Part shown: piece after piece, positions 51,995 through 61,636 of the stretch | Layout of the letters: each line of letters opens with the position of its first letter | Position numbering within the stretch: the first letter of the stretch is position 1 | Assembly (NCBI GenBank): GCA_020852515.1 | Contig: JADZAS010000023.1 | Coordinates: 135,346 to 199,345, forward strand | Direction of reading: 5' to 3' | DNA: 64,000 nucleotides | Source: Phycisphaerales bacterium | Lineage (GTDB): Bacteria > Planctomycetota > Phycisphaerae > Phycisphaerales > UBA5793 | Notes under the pieces: generated by a model | What the model saw: only the letters and a program-made list of their open reading frames with translations | Databases searched by the model: none | Told to the model about the DNA's origin: nothing | Program-made: the position numbers and the translations under genes

Positions 51995-53596
51995 TCAAGC
52001 CTCGCGGTCAATCGATGCGTCGGAGGGTTCGGGGCCGTCGTGGTGTGTCACGACGATGGTGCGGCCGGCGAGATCTCCGAGCCGCTGGCGATACTGGTTG
52101 ATGTAGACGAACAGAAACAGCAGTGGCACGTTGAGCGCCACGAACTTCATCGCATTGCGAACGAGCACGCCCGCAACCTTCGCGCGCTGGCCGTCGGTGC
52201 CGACGACCCAGCAGTCCATGAGCGCCTTGCCCAGCGTGCGGCCCCAGAGCAGTTCGCTCAGCGTGCAATGCCCGATGCAGATGAGGAACATGAGCATCAT
52301 CGGCCAACTCTGCTCGATGTGCTGGGCTCGCATGGGCATCTGCGCGATGTCAAACACAGCCTTGAGGGGCACGTCGAGCACCAGGCCCGCCAGCAGAGCC
52401 GACGGCAGCAGGTCGATGAGCAGCGCCACGACGCGGCGCCGCGGCTCGGCGACGCGCGCCCCCCTCGGCGGCGTTACGTTCATCCGCGCCGGATCCGCCG
52501 GCCGGAAGATGAACATGATGAGGATCGCGAAAAGCAGCGCCCCGACCAGCACGAGCAGGCTGAAGTCCTCGAACGCCGGTCGCAGCCGCTGGCGGAGTTC
52601 AACAGCCTCATCCGTCTTGCCGCTCTCCACGTCAACCGAAGTGACGCTCAGCCGGTCGCCCTCGGGCGGCGCCGTGGCCAGAGCGAGACTGGACCCGAAG
52701 TCGATCAACCGCGTGCTGGGCGGCAGACCCTTGATCCGCGCCACCGGATAGACGTGTGGCGGACGGAGCAGGACGATTTCGAGTTCGTCAGCCGCATCGG
52801 TGGAAAGGGCCGCGTAACTCTGGCCGTCGTACACGGCTGAATCGGCGATGCGCTCTGCCGCCACTTCAACGCTCTCCGCACTCCACGTGGAGTCCGACTC
52901 GAGCGAATATGCGGTCGACTCGCCCGATGGCGCTGAGACGAGCAGGATCGGCCGGACGCCAGCGAGCAGCGCGAATCGGTCGGTATCGCGCGCGTCTGGC
53001 GGCAGCGCAACCGGCTCCCACTCGCCGCGAGGCAGGGCAAGACGAAGCAACTGCGGCAGACCTGGTCCGCCCTCGGTCGCCTCGGTTTGCGGTGCATCGG
53101 CAAATGCCGTGAGCAGGACGAGCGGCTCGCGGCCATCGGCGACGAACCCGTTGATGCGGCCCGCGCCGGGCAGGTCGGCGACGGTGCGGGCGCGGGGCGA
53201 AGGCTCGTACACCCAGGCCCGCGAGCGAGGGTCGTATGCCTCTGCGCGCACGGTCGAGACCGATCTGTTCTGAAACCCCCCAGCGGGATTGCGCTTGCCG
53301 CGAAAAATGCAATAGAGCCTGCTGTCAACCGCAAGCGCCGCTTCGGGCATGTCTTCGACGATGCTCGCTTGCTCGGCTTGCCCCTTGGCGTGGCGCGGAC
53401 CGTGGTGCAGGACGATGATGCGCGTGTTCTCGGCGATGCCGGCAGGCTGGAAGAACCAGACGTGCTGCCCGTCGCTGACGGCCACAGGCGCCAGCGGCCG
53501 CTCGCTCGCCTGGGCGTGCGCCGCAACCGCGAAGGCCAGCGCCGCGAGACACGCGAGCCAGCCGCTCAGCGCGCCCCCGAAAAGCGGCTTTGCCAT
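51995..53596 (-). CDS. RDD-family membrane protein with large exported N-terminal domain
   Basis: It has a signal peptide (MAKPLFGGALSGWLACLAALAFAVAAHA). The C-terminal RDD-type TM domain contains RRVVALLIDLLP...WGRTLGKALMDCWVV...RQRLGDLAGRTIVV. Confidence 0.75.
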   Translation of the reverse strand: MAKPLFGGALSGWLACLAALAFAVAAHAQASERPLAPVAVSDGQHVWFFQPAGIAENTRIIVLHHGPRHAKGQAEQASIVEDMPEAALAVDSRLYCIFRGKRNPAGGFQNRSVSTVRAEAYDPRSRAWVYEPSPRARTVADLPGAGRINGFVADGREPLVLLTAFADAPQTEATEGGPGLPQLLRLALPRGEWEPVALPPDARDTDRFALLAGVRPILLVSAPSGESTAYSLESDSTWSAESVEVAAERIADSAVYDGQSYAALSTDAADELEIVLLRPPHVYPVARIKGLPPSTRLIDFGSSLALATAPPEGDRLSVTSVDVESGKTDEAVELRQRLRPAFEDFSLLVLVGALLFAILIMFIFRPADPARMNVTPPRGARVAEPRRRVVALLIDLLPSALLAGLVLDVPLKAVFDIAQMPMRAQHIEQSWPMMLMFLICIGHCTLSELLWGRTLGKALMDCWVVGTDGQRAKVAGVLVRNAMKFVALNVPLLFLFVYINQYRQRLGDLAGRTIVVTHHDGPEPSDASIDREA

Positions 53597-53668
53597 GTTG
53601 ATGTTCCGTCGGCCCACGAGCATACTTGGGTGGATCATAGTCGGCGGCGGGGGCCGCTGCGGCGCATC

Positions 53669-54613
53669 TCACTTCGAGCCGGTCGGCGAAGCCGGCAGCG
53701 CCGGATCGGGGCAGTTCGCGTCGAGTACGATGACCTCGTCGGGACGCATGTTCCGCCTGATCGCATCGAAGTCGAACAGCGCCTGCTTGATCTCCGTGTG
53801 CCCAGCGGGGACATCTGCCGGGTCGCTCAAAGTCAGTCGGACGAACTCTTCTTCGGCGAGACTGCCCGAACGAACCTCGACGCGCGTTGGAACGAAGGGC
53901 TGGCGCCCCGGCGCCACGCCGCGCACTTCCATCTCGCGGTACTCCGTCAGTTCGCTGGCGGCCCAGAGGCGACCCGTCGCCGCATCGAACAATTCGACGC
54001 GCAGCGGTCGGCCGTCGTCTGCGGCGATCCAGGCGCGGCGCGAGCACCAGCGAGCCGGCGCGGTGACTACCCAGGCGCGGCGCTGCTCGTCTCCCTCCAC
54101 GGCCGCGACCACGCCCTCGGACAGATCCAGCGGCAGCTCGAACACGCCATACAAGTCGATCAGTTCAGCCGGAAGCAGCGACACGGGAAACGCCTCGCAA
54201 CAGGTGCTGAAGGCGTTGCTGTTTCGGGCGATGAAGGCTCGCGAAATGTCGCCGCCCCAAAGCATCCACGAGCGTTCCGGCCCGCCGCCGATCCACAGGT
54301 AGGTCTTGCCGACCTTCTCGAACGTAAGCGCCACCTGATCGGGTCGCATGAAGATGAGATTGCCCTCGCCGACTTCGTTCTGCCGCTGGCCCTGCTCGTC
54401 AGTCCACGACACCTCGACGCTGCCCCGCGTGTAGAACCCCTTGATGTCCGCCACGCGCGCATTCTGGCGCTGGGCCAGTTCGCGGTAAGTCGGCGGCGTC
54501 CCGAGCGGCTCAGTGCGCGGCCCGGCCTGGGCGCCGTTCGGTGACTTGCATCCTCCGGCCAGGCACGCCACCCATAGCGCAGTGGTGGCGGCGGTGCAGC
54601 GCCACGATGTCAC
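53669..54613 (-). CDS. Lipoprotein of unknown function (LolB/DUF4292-like by eye)
   Basis: It has a lipobox (LWVACLAGG-C) and a GTG start in a GTGA overlap with the upstream gene. Confidence 0.6.
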   Translation of the reverse strand: MTSWRCTAATTALWVACLAGGCKSPNGAQAGPRTEPLGTPPTYRELAQRQNARVADIKGFYTRGSVEVSWTDEQGQRQNEVGEGNLIFMRPDQVALTFEKVGKTYLWIGGGPERSWMLWGGDISRAFIARNSNAFSTCCEAFPVSLLPAELIDLYGVFELPLDLSEGVVAAVEGDEQRRAWVVTAPARWCSRRAWIAADDGRPLRVELFDAATGRLWAASELTEYREMEVRGVAPGRQPFVPTRVEVRSGSLAEEEFVRLTLSDPADVPAGHTEIKQALFDFDAIRRNMRPDEVIVLDANCPDPALPASPTGSK

Positions 54614-55137
54614 AGTTCACCCCGGAGGATTTCGCCCAGCTGGTCCGACACCTCGCGCACCTGGTCTTCGTTCAGATGCGGGTCGATGACTTCGACCGGC
54701 GGCGCCTCGGCCGGATCGCCTTTGAGTCGCATCAGCCAGACGCTTGCTCCGTCGCGCTGCTCCGTGGACTCGTGCTTGAGCAGGCGCTTGCGGAGCAGGA
54801 TGAGCGCAATAACGAAGCGATAGGCGATCCGCTGGGGCTGTTCGTCATCCGCCAGGCGGTGAAAGAGGTTGAGAAGCACCTCGTCATCGACAAACGGTTT
54901 CGCTTTGCCGCCGGGCTCGGGCATTGTCGTGCGCCATGATGAGAAGAGCCGCGGCGGGCGCTGGCCGCGTTCCCACGCGGCCAGGCTGTAGTCCAGCCGC
55001 TCGAATCCCTCTTCGCCCTCCCGTTCGCAAAGCGTGGCGATGTAGACAGCGCCGGGTGCGATGGCTTCGCCCGTCGCCGCACAGCAGCCGGTTGCTCGGG
55101 CGATGTCGTACGACTGGTTCGATGAAAAGCGGCTCAT
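54610..55137 (-). CDS. Conserved hypothetical cytoplasmic protein
   Basis: The 175-aa product has good codon bias and no motif I recognise. It is translationally coupled to the lipoprotein gene. Confidence 0.6.
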   Translation of the reverse strand: MSRFSSNQSYDIARATGCCAATGEAIAPGAVYIATLCEREGEEGFERLDYSLAAWERGQRPPRLFSSWRTTMPEPGGKAKPFVDDEVLLNLFHRLADDEQPQRIAYRFVIALILLRKRLLKHESTEQRDGASVWLMRLKGDPAEAPPVEVIDPHLNEDQVREVSDQLGEILRGEL

Positions 55138-55191
55138 GCGGCAATCGTAGACCGGCCGGAGCGCGTGCTGACGTGTGGCGCCGACGCGGCC

Positions 55192-55344
55192 TCAACCGGC
55201 GCGGAACATGCGTCGCGAGGTGCCGCCGGCGCCGATTCGGGCCGTGACGCGACCGCCACATCTCGGGCATCTCCCCGAATACTGGGTCGCGGTGCGGTTG
55301 CGGTGCAGCCGGCCATAGGCGTGGCAGCACTCGAAATAGACCAT
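55192..55344 (-). CDS. Possible 50-aa basic zinc-ribbon protein
   Basis: The product MVYFECCHAYGRLHRNRTATQYSGRCPRCGGRVTARIGAGGTSRRMFRAG has a CC...CPRCG ribbon. The rest of ORF 55192..55575 looks non-coding. Confidence 0.35.
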   Translation of the reverse strand: MVYFECCHAYGRLHRNRTATQYSGRCPRCGGRVTARIGAGGTSRRMFRAG

Positions 55345-55456
55345 CAGCCAGGGCTTGGTTTCAGGACGGCTGGCATCCGCTCTCGCAGGTGTGTCATAGC
55401 GGTCGAGCACGGCCCATTCATCGGCCGGCCGACGTGGGCAGGTTGAATGGCGGGCG

Positions 55457-56095
55457 TCAGAGCGGCGCCCGCCGGCGCGCCACCATCTCCGCCCGGTGTG
55501 CCGACGCCGCGGCATCATGCAGCGCCTTCTCCAGCCGCCCCTCAATCCGACAGCGCTCCGGCATCGAGGAAACAAGCGGCAGGTTCACGCGGACGTTCCA
55601 GGCGCCACTGCGCGCCGCCGCGTCTGCGAGCGCCGCCGCAATCGCCAGGTCGCTCAGCAGGCGGGGGTTGCAGGCCTCGGCAAGATCACCCAGCAGGCCG
55701 GCCATGCCGCAGGCCGCCTGCACGACGGCCATCGGCGCGCGAATGGCGGCCTGCACCTTCGGCTCCCACTGCTCGACGCGCTTCGGGTCGTCCTCAGCGA
55801 GGCGAAAAAGCGCATCCAGGGCGGCATATGCCTGAGCATCCTGTTCGGCCAGATCGAGCATTTGCCGCCCGATGGCGGTCAGATGCTCGATGGCGCCCTG
55901 AAGGTCGCGCCGCTGCTCGTCGGTGGAGCGGCGATTGATCGAGTAGGCCAGAGCCATGCGGCCCAGCGCAGCGCCCAGCGAGCCGACGAGTGAGGCCACG
56001 GCGCCGCCTCCAGGAGAAGGCGTTCTGGCCGCCACGGCCTCCAGAAGCGATTCGACAGTCTGGTCCTGCAACGCCATTTGAACCACTCCAAACAA
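55457..56095 (-). CDS. Cyclodeaminase/cyclohydrolase family protein (FTCD C-terminal domain-like)
   Basis: The product contains ARTPSPGGGAVASLVGSLGAALGRMALAYSI, the family signature. Confidence 0.85.
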   Translation of the reverse strand: MFGVVQMALQDQTVESLLEAVAARTPSPGGGAVASLVGSLGAALGRMALAYSINRRSTDEQRRDLQGAIEHLTAIGRQMLDLAEQDAQAYAALDALFRLAEDDPKRVEQWEPKVQAAIRAPMAVVQAACGMAGLLGDLAEACNPRLLSDLAIAAALADAAARSGAWNVRVNLPLVSSMPERCRIEGRLEKALHDAAASAHRAEMVARRRAPL

Positions 56096-56162
56096 GAAAC
56101 CGGGTCGCGGACTATACTAGTGATCCCCGCGGCCCACGCATCGTGATCACGAAAGGGCATCG

Positions 56163-56786
56163 ATGCTCACGCATATCAAGGTCGCCCTCAAAGACTACTA
56201 CCACACCGGAACGCCCGTTCCGAGCATGCCGACGTTCGCGCGACTGATGACCAAGGAGTGTCGCCAGGCCGCACCACCTCGTCGCATTCTCGAGGTCGGA
56301 CCCGGCGCCGGCCCGATGACCGAGCAGATCGTCCCGACGCTGGACAACGGCGATGTGTTCGATCTCGTCGAGATCAACGAAGACTTCGCCCGCAGCCTCG
56401 ACCGCAAGTTCCTTCAGCCGGCGCGCCAGCGCGTCCCCGGCGCGACGATCCGCATGCACTGCGGCCCCATCCAGACCGTCCCGCTTGAGGGGCAGTATCA
56501 GTTCATCATCTCATCGCTCCCGCTCAACAACTTCGAGCCGCAGGTGATCCGGGAGATCCTCGATCGCATGAAGGCTCTGCTGGCGCCCGGCGGCTGTCTG
56601 AACTTTTTTGAGTACGCGGGAATCCGCAAGATCGCCCGGCCGTTCAAGGGCACAAAGGACCGCCGGCGCCTGGGCGATATCGCTCAATTGCTCAACGAGT
56701 TCGACCGCGAGAACCACGTCACCAAACGGGTGTGCCTGCTCAATATTCCGCCAGCGCTGAAACGATCGCTCCAGGTCGCTTCCTGA
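56163..56786 (+). CDS. Class I SAM-dependent methyltransferase, phospholipid N-methyltransferase (PmtA/COG3963)-like
   Basis: It has the SAM motif RILEVGPGAGPMTEQIV, DLVEINEDFARSL and ISSLPLNNFEP, resembling PmtA-type enzymes (from memory). Confidence 0.7.
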   Translation: MLTHIKVALKDYYHTGTPVPSMPTFARLMTKECRQAAPPRRILEVGPGAGPMTEQIVPTLDNGDVFDLVEINEDFARSLDRKFLQPARQRVPGATIRMHCGPIQTVPLEGQYQFIISSLPLNNFEPQVIREILDRMKALLAPGGCLNFFEYAGIRKIARPFKGTKDRRRLGDIAQLLNEFDRENHVTKRVCLLNIPPALKRSLQVAS

Positions 56787-56789
56787 ATC

Positions 56790-57716
56790 TCACGCGCGAA
56801 CCGCTTCCGGCCGCGCTTCGCCGGCGGTTTGGCCCGGCACGGTCCAGTCTTCACGCGATTCATAGCCGTACTTGATGAGAAGCGGCGTGACCCAGGGCCG
56901 CATGGTTTCGATCTGCTGCGGCGTGCACTCCGTGGGCCACTTGCTGTTGCGATTCTCAAGGTGCTCGGGGAAGCAGGCGACCGCCCTGTCATCGTCCTGC
57001 AGGCCAAACTGGGCGCACATGCGGCGCATGATGTTGCGCGTATCGAGGATGAACTCCTCGTATTTGGCGCGGCAGACGCGCTCGGCCGGCACCTTTTCGA
57101 GATCGGACTGCACCGTGTCTTCGATCCCCGCCCACTGCCTCGCATGCGCCTCGTACGGATCGGCCCTGTAGTACTCCTGCCAGCCCGGCGGACGCGCGAA
57201 ATCCGCCAGGGTGCGATCCTGCTTGTGCTGCTTCTCCATGACGCGAATCATGGAGCGAACCACGGCCCGGCCGTCCCGGATGATGTGAACAAACTCCGCA
57301 TCGGGGAAGATCGACAGCAGCCACGGCACCCGCAACGTGTTGCGCGGAAGTTTGTTCGTGAATCGATGCGCGTTGAGGCGCTGGCGGAGCGAGATGTACC
57401 GGCAATACCAATCGATGTTGGAGCGGAGGCGCCGGGCGCCGAAGGCCGTGACGTCCTTCTCCGTCCAGCGATGCTCGTTCTTCTGGTTGCGGTAATGCGG
57501 GTCGAAGAGGAAATGCCCCTCGGACCAGTTGGCCAGTTCAGGATGAGCGCCGAAGATGCGGCTGAACACGCTCGTCCCCGAGCGCGGCGAACCGAGAATG
57601 AAAATCGGCCGATCCACCCGGCGGTGCGGCAGCAGACCAATCGCCGCGAGCGTGACCGGATTTCGCCCCCACAAGGTGTACCACAGAATCCGCTCGATTT
57701 TTCCCGGAACGCGCAT
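56790..57716 (-). CDS. Sulfotransferase family protein (paralog 1)
   Basis: It has a PAPS 5'-phosphosulfate-binding loop-like motif, PIFILGSPRSGTSVFSRIF. ORF 56790..57833 is trimmed to MRVPGKIERILWY. Confidence 0.8.
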   Translation of the reverse strand: MRVPGKIERILWYTLWGRNPVTLAAIGLLPHRRVDRPIFILGSPRSGTSVFSRIFGAHPELANWSEGHFLFDPHYRNQKNEHRWTEKDVTAFGARRLRSNIDWYCRYISLRQRLNAHRFTNKLPRNTLRVPWLLSIFPDAEFVHIIRDGRAVVRSMIRVMEKQHKQDRTLADFARPPGWQEYYRADPYEAHARQWAGIEDTVQSDLEKVPAERVCRAKYEEFILDTRNIMRRMCAQFGLQDDDRAVACFPEHLENRNSKWPTECTPQQIETMRPWVTPLLIKYGYESREDWTVPGQTAGEARPEAVRA

Positions 57717-57744
57717 CGCTCGCCTCAGCCTTGGATCAGACCGG

Positions 57745-58626
57745 CTACACGGACGCCTTGATGGCGCGCTTGGCGGCGTAGCCGAGGTCGTTGAGCATAG
57801 GCTCGACGATGGGCTCCATGGCGGCAATGTCATCGACTGACATGGCGCGATTCCACTTGGAGTTCATGTTCGTCAGCCGGACCGGAATCTGCTTCAGAGC
57901 CTGCTCGTCGCCGTCCAGCCCGCACTCCCTCCAAACTGCGTCGATGACGCCGCGCGGATCGACGACGAAGTCCTCATACCGGACCACGTGCAACTGCTCG
58001 TCGGGCACGCAGCGGTTCAAATCGGCCTGCAGCGTCTCGTGAATCGCGGCCGCGGCGAGGGAGAAGCGCCGCACCATGTCGGATTCGGCATTGATCTCGC
58101 GCCAGCCCGGCGGACGGGCGAACTGCCCCAGCGGGTAGCGGCTTCGCCAGCCCTCCTGACGCGTGCGCGAGACAAGACTCCACACGACGGCGCGTGGGTC
58201 GCGCTGCACGCTCACGATGTGCGCATCGGGCCAGCCAGCCATCAGAAACGGCACTCGCACCGAGTTGCGCGGGTGCTTGTTGACGAACCGCTGCTTGCCC
58301 TTCCACTTGGTGTAGTAGGCAAAATTGTTCGTGATTCGCCGCACGGTCGCGTCGGTGGCCTCCGCTTCGATCCAGCGATGATCGGTATCCTTCGCGCGGA
58401 ATCTCGGATCCCACATCGTCGGCGCCTCGGACCAGTGCGCGAAATCGCGATGCCGCCCGAAGTGACGAACGAAGATCGAAGTCCCCGAGCGCGGCAGGCC
58501 GACCACGAACACCGGGCGATCGAGATCAAGACGCGGCCAGGTCGCCACCAGGCGGTGGGCCCAGGGGTTTCGCGTGTGCACGGCCGCCAAGAGCAGCTTC
58601 GGCCATCTTTTCAGCGGAAAGTTCAA
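57745..58626 (-). CDS. Sulfotransferase family protein (paralog 2)
   Basis: It has PVFVVGLPRSGTSIFVRHF and is collinear in similarity with paralog 1 (NKHPRNSVRVPFL vs NKLPRNTLRVPWL). Confidence 0.8.
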   Translation of the reverse strand: MNFPLKRWPKLLLAAVHTRNPWAHRLVATWPRLDLDRPVFVVGLPRSGTSIFVRHFGRHRDFAHWSEAPTMWDPRFRAKDTDHRWIEAEATDATVRRITNNFAYYTKWKGKQRFVNKHPRNSVRVPFLMAGWPDAHIVSVQRDPRAVVWSLVSRTRQEGWRSRYPLGQFARPPGWREINAESDMVRRFSLAAAAIHETLQADLNRCVPDEQLHVVRYEDFVVDPRGVIDAVWRECGLDGDEQALKQIPVRLTNMNSKWNRAMSVDDIAAMEPIVEPMLNDLGYAAKRAIKASV

Positions 58627-58638
58627 GGTCGTGGCACC

Positions 58639-60141
58639 TCAATCGAGGTAACCGAGAGCACGCAACCTTTCTTCCACCTCTGGCGAAATCTCGCTGGAGC
58701 TGCCGCCTGTCAGGCGCGACTGCACGTCCGTATAGGCGTCAAGCCATCGCGGTTTCCAATCGTTCAGGAGCGATTGCAGCCGCTGCAGCCCGGAAGTCGC
58801 CGCGTTTTGCGGATCCGGCAGAAGATTGTGCGATTCTCGAGGATCATGTTCGAGGTCGTACGCTTCGTCGGCCTGATCGCCTGTATACGTGAGCATCTTG
58901 TGCGTCTTGCTGCGCACGCTGAGCACGCCGCGATTGAATTGCGGCGCCATCTCGTGCAGCCCCTGCCGCAGCGCCGAAAGCCCGAAGGGCTTGAGCAGCT
59001 CGCTGATCGCCGCCTCGCGCGACTGCGAGAGCACGTCGATGCCCTCGCAGGCCGCGGGCCGCTCTAGCCCGAGGAGGCTGCACACGGTCGGCACGAGATC
59101 CACGTTCTGGATGAGATCGTCCTGAGGCCCCGTAATCGCGACATTTCGCGGCCACTTGACGATCCACGGAATGTGTATGAGTTCGTCGTAGCACACGAAC
59201 TGATGCCCGAGGATGCCGTGGCGGCCGAGGCAATCGCCGTGATCGGCCGTGACGATCACCAGAGTATTGTCAAAGTCGCTCCGCTTTGACAGGTCGTCGA
59301 GCAGGCGGCCGACCTGCTCATCGAGGTAGGCGATGCAGCTGTCGTAGAGCGCGGTGAGGACGTCGTAGTCCTCCTGAGTCATCTTGACGAGACCGACATC
59401 GTGTGGGTTGGGCCGCTGATTGATCGCCGCGAGATTCCGGTTTCGCAAGGCGGAAGGCAGGAACTTCCTGCGGTAGCGATGCGGCGGTCGGTACTCCGCG
59501 TGCGTCTCCTGCAGATGCAGATACGCGAAGCGCGGCCGATCTTCCTTTTCACTCCAGAATCGGCGCAGTTCATCAAAGCACGCAGCGGCCCCCGCGTCGG
59601 CAAAGCCCGTCATCCAGTAGCGCAGTCGGTTGCGCATTGAGCGGCGCTGCACCTCGTCGGCCTCCGTCTTGAGGTCCAGGCCGAGATCCACGCCTTCATG
59701 CCGCTGCTGGCCCTGGCTCTGGGCCCGGCGGCGCTTCAGGGCGCGCCAGCGGGCCCGAAGCGCGTTCGGCGGCGGCTCGAAGTTGTGCGCAAAGCCGCGA
59801 TCGAGCCCCGAGAAGTCCGACACATACGGCACGTGGCCGGTGATCTTGGCCGTCGCGTAATTGTGCGAACTCAGCAGTTCGGCCAAAGTCGTGAAGCGCC
59901 GGCTCAGGCGCTCGCCATCCACCTCAAGACGGTGCGTGCTCGGATACGTGCCCGTGAACAAGCCGGCCGTACTCGCCATCGTCCACATCGCGCAGGAAAT
60001 GCACTGGCGGTAGATCGCCATGTGTCGGGCGTGGCGCTGCAGATTCGGCGTGGTCGGCCGCTCGTAGCCGTAGATCGAGAAGTTCTCCGCACGGGCCGCG
60101 TCAAACACCACGATGAGAATATTGGGACGTCGTTCATTCAT
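58639..60141 (-). CDS. Sulfatase-like alkaline-phosphatase-superfamily hydrolase/transferase (non-FGly, Thr at nucleophile position)
   Basis: It starts with PNILIVVFDAARAENFSIYGYERPTTPNL, and TADHGDCLGRHG lies downstream. The CxPxR formylglycine motif is replaced by WTMASTAGLFTG. Confidence 0.8.
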   Translation of the reverse strand: MNERRPNILIVVFDAARAENFSIYGYERPTTPNLQRHARHMAIYRQCISCAMWTMASTAGLFTGTYPSTHRLEVDGERLSRRFTTLAELLSSHNYATAKITGHVPYVSDFSGLDRGFAHNFEPPPNALRARWRALKRRRAQSQGQQRHEGVDLGLDLKTEADEVQRRSMRNRLRYWMTGFADAGAAACFDELRRFWSEKEDRPRFAYLHLQETHAEYRPPHRYRRKFLPSALRNRNLAAINQRPNPHDVGLVKMTQEDYDVLTALYDSCIAYLDEQVGRLLDDLSKRSDFDNTLVIVTADHGDCLGRHGILGHQFVCYDELIHIPWIVKWPRNVAITGPQDDLIQNVDLVPTVCSLLGLERPAACEGIDVLSQSREAAISELLKPFGLSALRQGLHEMAPQFNRGVLSVRSKTHKMLTYTGDQADEAYDLEHDPRESHNLLPDPQNAATSGLQRLQSLLNDWKPRWLDAYTDVQSRLTGGSSSEISPEVEERLRALGYLD

Positions 60142-60354
60142 CGGCGATGTTCACTCAATCGACCTTTCGGCCCTTCGTTCTGCTTTGCGGCGTCCGCTAT
60201 TGCTTCGCAGACCCGGCGTGAGCCAAAGCCCGCCGCGGACCCGATGATGACGCCCCATCATCCGGCCGACATGGATGCTGTCAAGTCGGCGGTCCCGCAG
60301 GCTATCATCTGGCCCGGTTTTCTGCACGGCACTCGCCGGACCTGGCCGCCGGGC

Positions 60355-61575
60355 ATGACACCCCCGCAACAGGTGGAGGCATTGGCGGTGCGGATCGCGT
60401 TCATCTTTGGCTCCATCCCCACGCGAAACGATCGGGAAACCGACCTTCGCCGCGCCGTCATCGACAAGAAAGACTGGCTCGGTCAGGAGGCCGAATCCGT
60501 CAAGGCCGCGCTCGACCGCCGGCATCCCGGCTCTGCCGTCTCCGTCCACATCATGTACACCATCAGCGGCCACGCAGTCGGCGACACCGGCGTGGAGTGG
60601 TTCGCCACGAGGCCCATGTGGCCCATGACGCGCCGCTCCTTTTACCAGGGCAAGCAGTGGTCGCGCGCGTTTCTCCACAAGATCCTCGACTGGAAGCCGG
60701 ATCTCATCCACTGGCAGATGAACAGTTATGCGTACACGTTTCACCTTGCCGCCCGCGCGTTCGTGAAGCGCGGCATCCCCTACGTCTACCAGCACCACGG
60801 GCCGCATCTGGCGCGCAAGGGTTACATACGCAAACTGCTCCAATATCCCAATAAGCAGGCCGAGCGCGGCATCTACCTCACGAAGTACCACGAAGAGATG
60901 TACCGCGAAGGCCTCGGCCTCGATCCCGCCAGGAGCCGCATCATCCGCGTGGGCTACGACGAGCGTTTCCAGCCGCTCGATCGGGCCAAGTGTCGCGAAA
61001 AGACCGGCTTCAAGGGCAAGCCGATTCTCTTCTGGGCGGCGGGGCTCACCAAGCGCAAAGACCCGCTGACGGTGCTGCGCGCGTACGAGAAAGTCGCGCC
61101 TGAGTTTCCCGAGTCGCACTTCTACATGGCCGGCTCCGGGCTCATCGAACACGAGGTCAAGGCACTCGTCGCCGCGAGCCCGACGCTCACGCGGCACGTT
61201 ACGCTGCTGGGCTACGTGAACAACGCCCTGCTGCCGGAGATGGAAAACGCCTCGGACATCTACGTCATGGGCAGTCACGGCGAGGGGTTCTGCGTCTCCT
61301 CGATGGAGGCCATGGCGTGCGGGCTCTTTCCCGTCCTCACGACCGTGCCGTGCTTCGTCGAACAGACCGACAGCGGCCGGCTCGGACAACTCTTCGAAGC
61401 GGGCAACGTCGAGCAGTGCGCGCAGTGCCTGCGCAAGGCGATCGGCGATGTGGAGTACCGCGAGCAGGTCCGCCGCGAATTGCCCGAGACGGTCCGCACG
61501 CTCACGTGGAGTTTCGTCGCGGACCAGTTGGTGGATCTGTACGAGGAGGTTCTGGCGGGCCGGAACAGGATGTAG
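60355..61575 (+). CDS. Glycosyltransferase family 4 (GT-B, GT1-like C-domain)
   Basis: The C-terminal motif is GSHGEGFCVSSMEAMACGLFPVLT. The start is uncertain; candidates are ATG 60355, GTG 60388 (VRIAFIFGS) and ATG 60244. The long ORF from 59698 overlaps the divergent sulfatase-like gene and is rejected. Confidence 0.75.
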   Translation: MTPPQQVEALAVRIAFIFGSIPTRNDRETDLRRAVIDKKDWLGQEAESVKAALDRRHPGSAVSVHIMYTISGHAVGDTGVEWFATRPMWPMTRRSFYQGKQWSRAFLHKILDWKPDLIHWQMNSYAYTFHLAARAFVKRGIPYVYQHHGPHLARKGYIRKLLQYPNKQAERGIYLTKYHEEMYREGLGLDPARSRIIRVGYDERFQPLDRAKCREKTGFKGKPILFWAAGLTKRKDPLTVLRAYEKVAPEFPESHFYMAGSGLIEHEVKALVAASPTLTRHVTLLGYVNNALLPEMENASDIYVMGSHGEGFCVSSMEAMACGLFPVLTTVPCFVEQTDSGRLGQLFEAGNVEQCAQCLRKAIGDVEYREQVRRELPETVRTLTWSFVADQLVDLYEEVLAGRNRM

Positions 61576-61636
61576 AAGGCCGCGGCGCGATACCTCTGGT
61601 TCGATGTGAGCCGTGTAGAATGCAGGCGAGAAAGCA

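Noticed and set aside
55345-55575. The full 127-aa ORF 55192..55575.
   Set aside because: The N-terminal two-thirds is Arg/Trp/Gly-rich junk. Only the C-terminal 50-aa zinc-ribbon segment looks like a real small protein, and even that is low confidence.
58639-60141. Annotating this as a classical arylsulfatase for sulfated glycan degradation.
   Set aside because: It has no signal peptide and no C/S-x-P-x-R formylglycine motif. It is kept only as a sulfatase-fold (alkaline phosphatase superfamily) enzyme.
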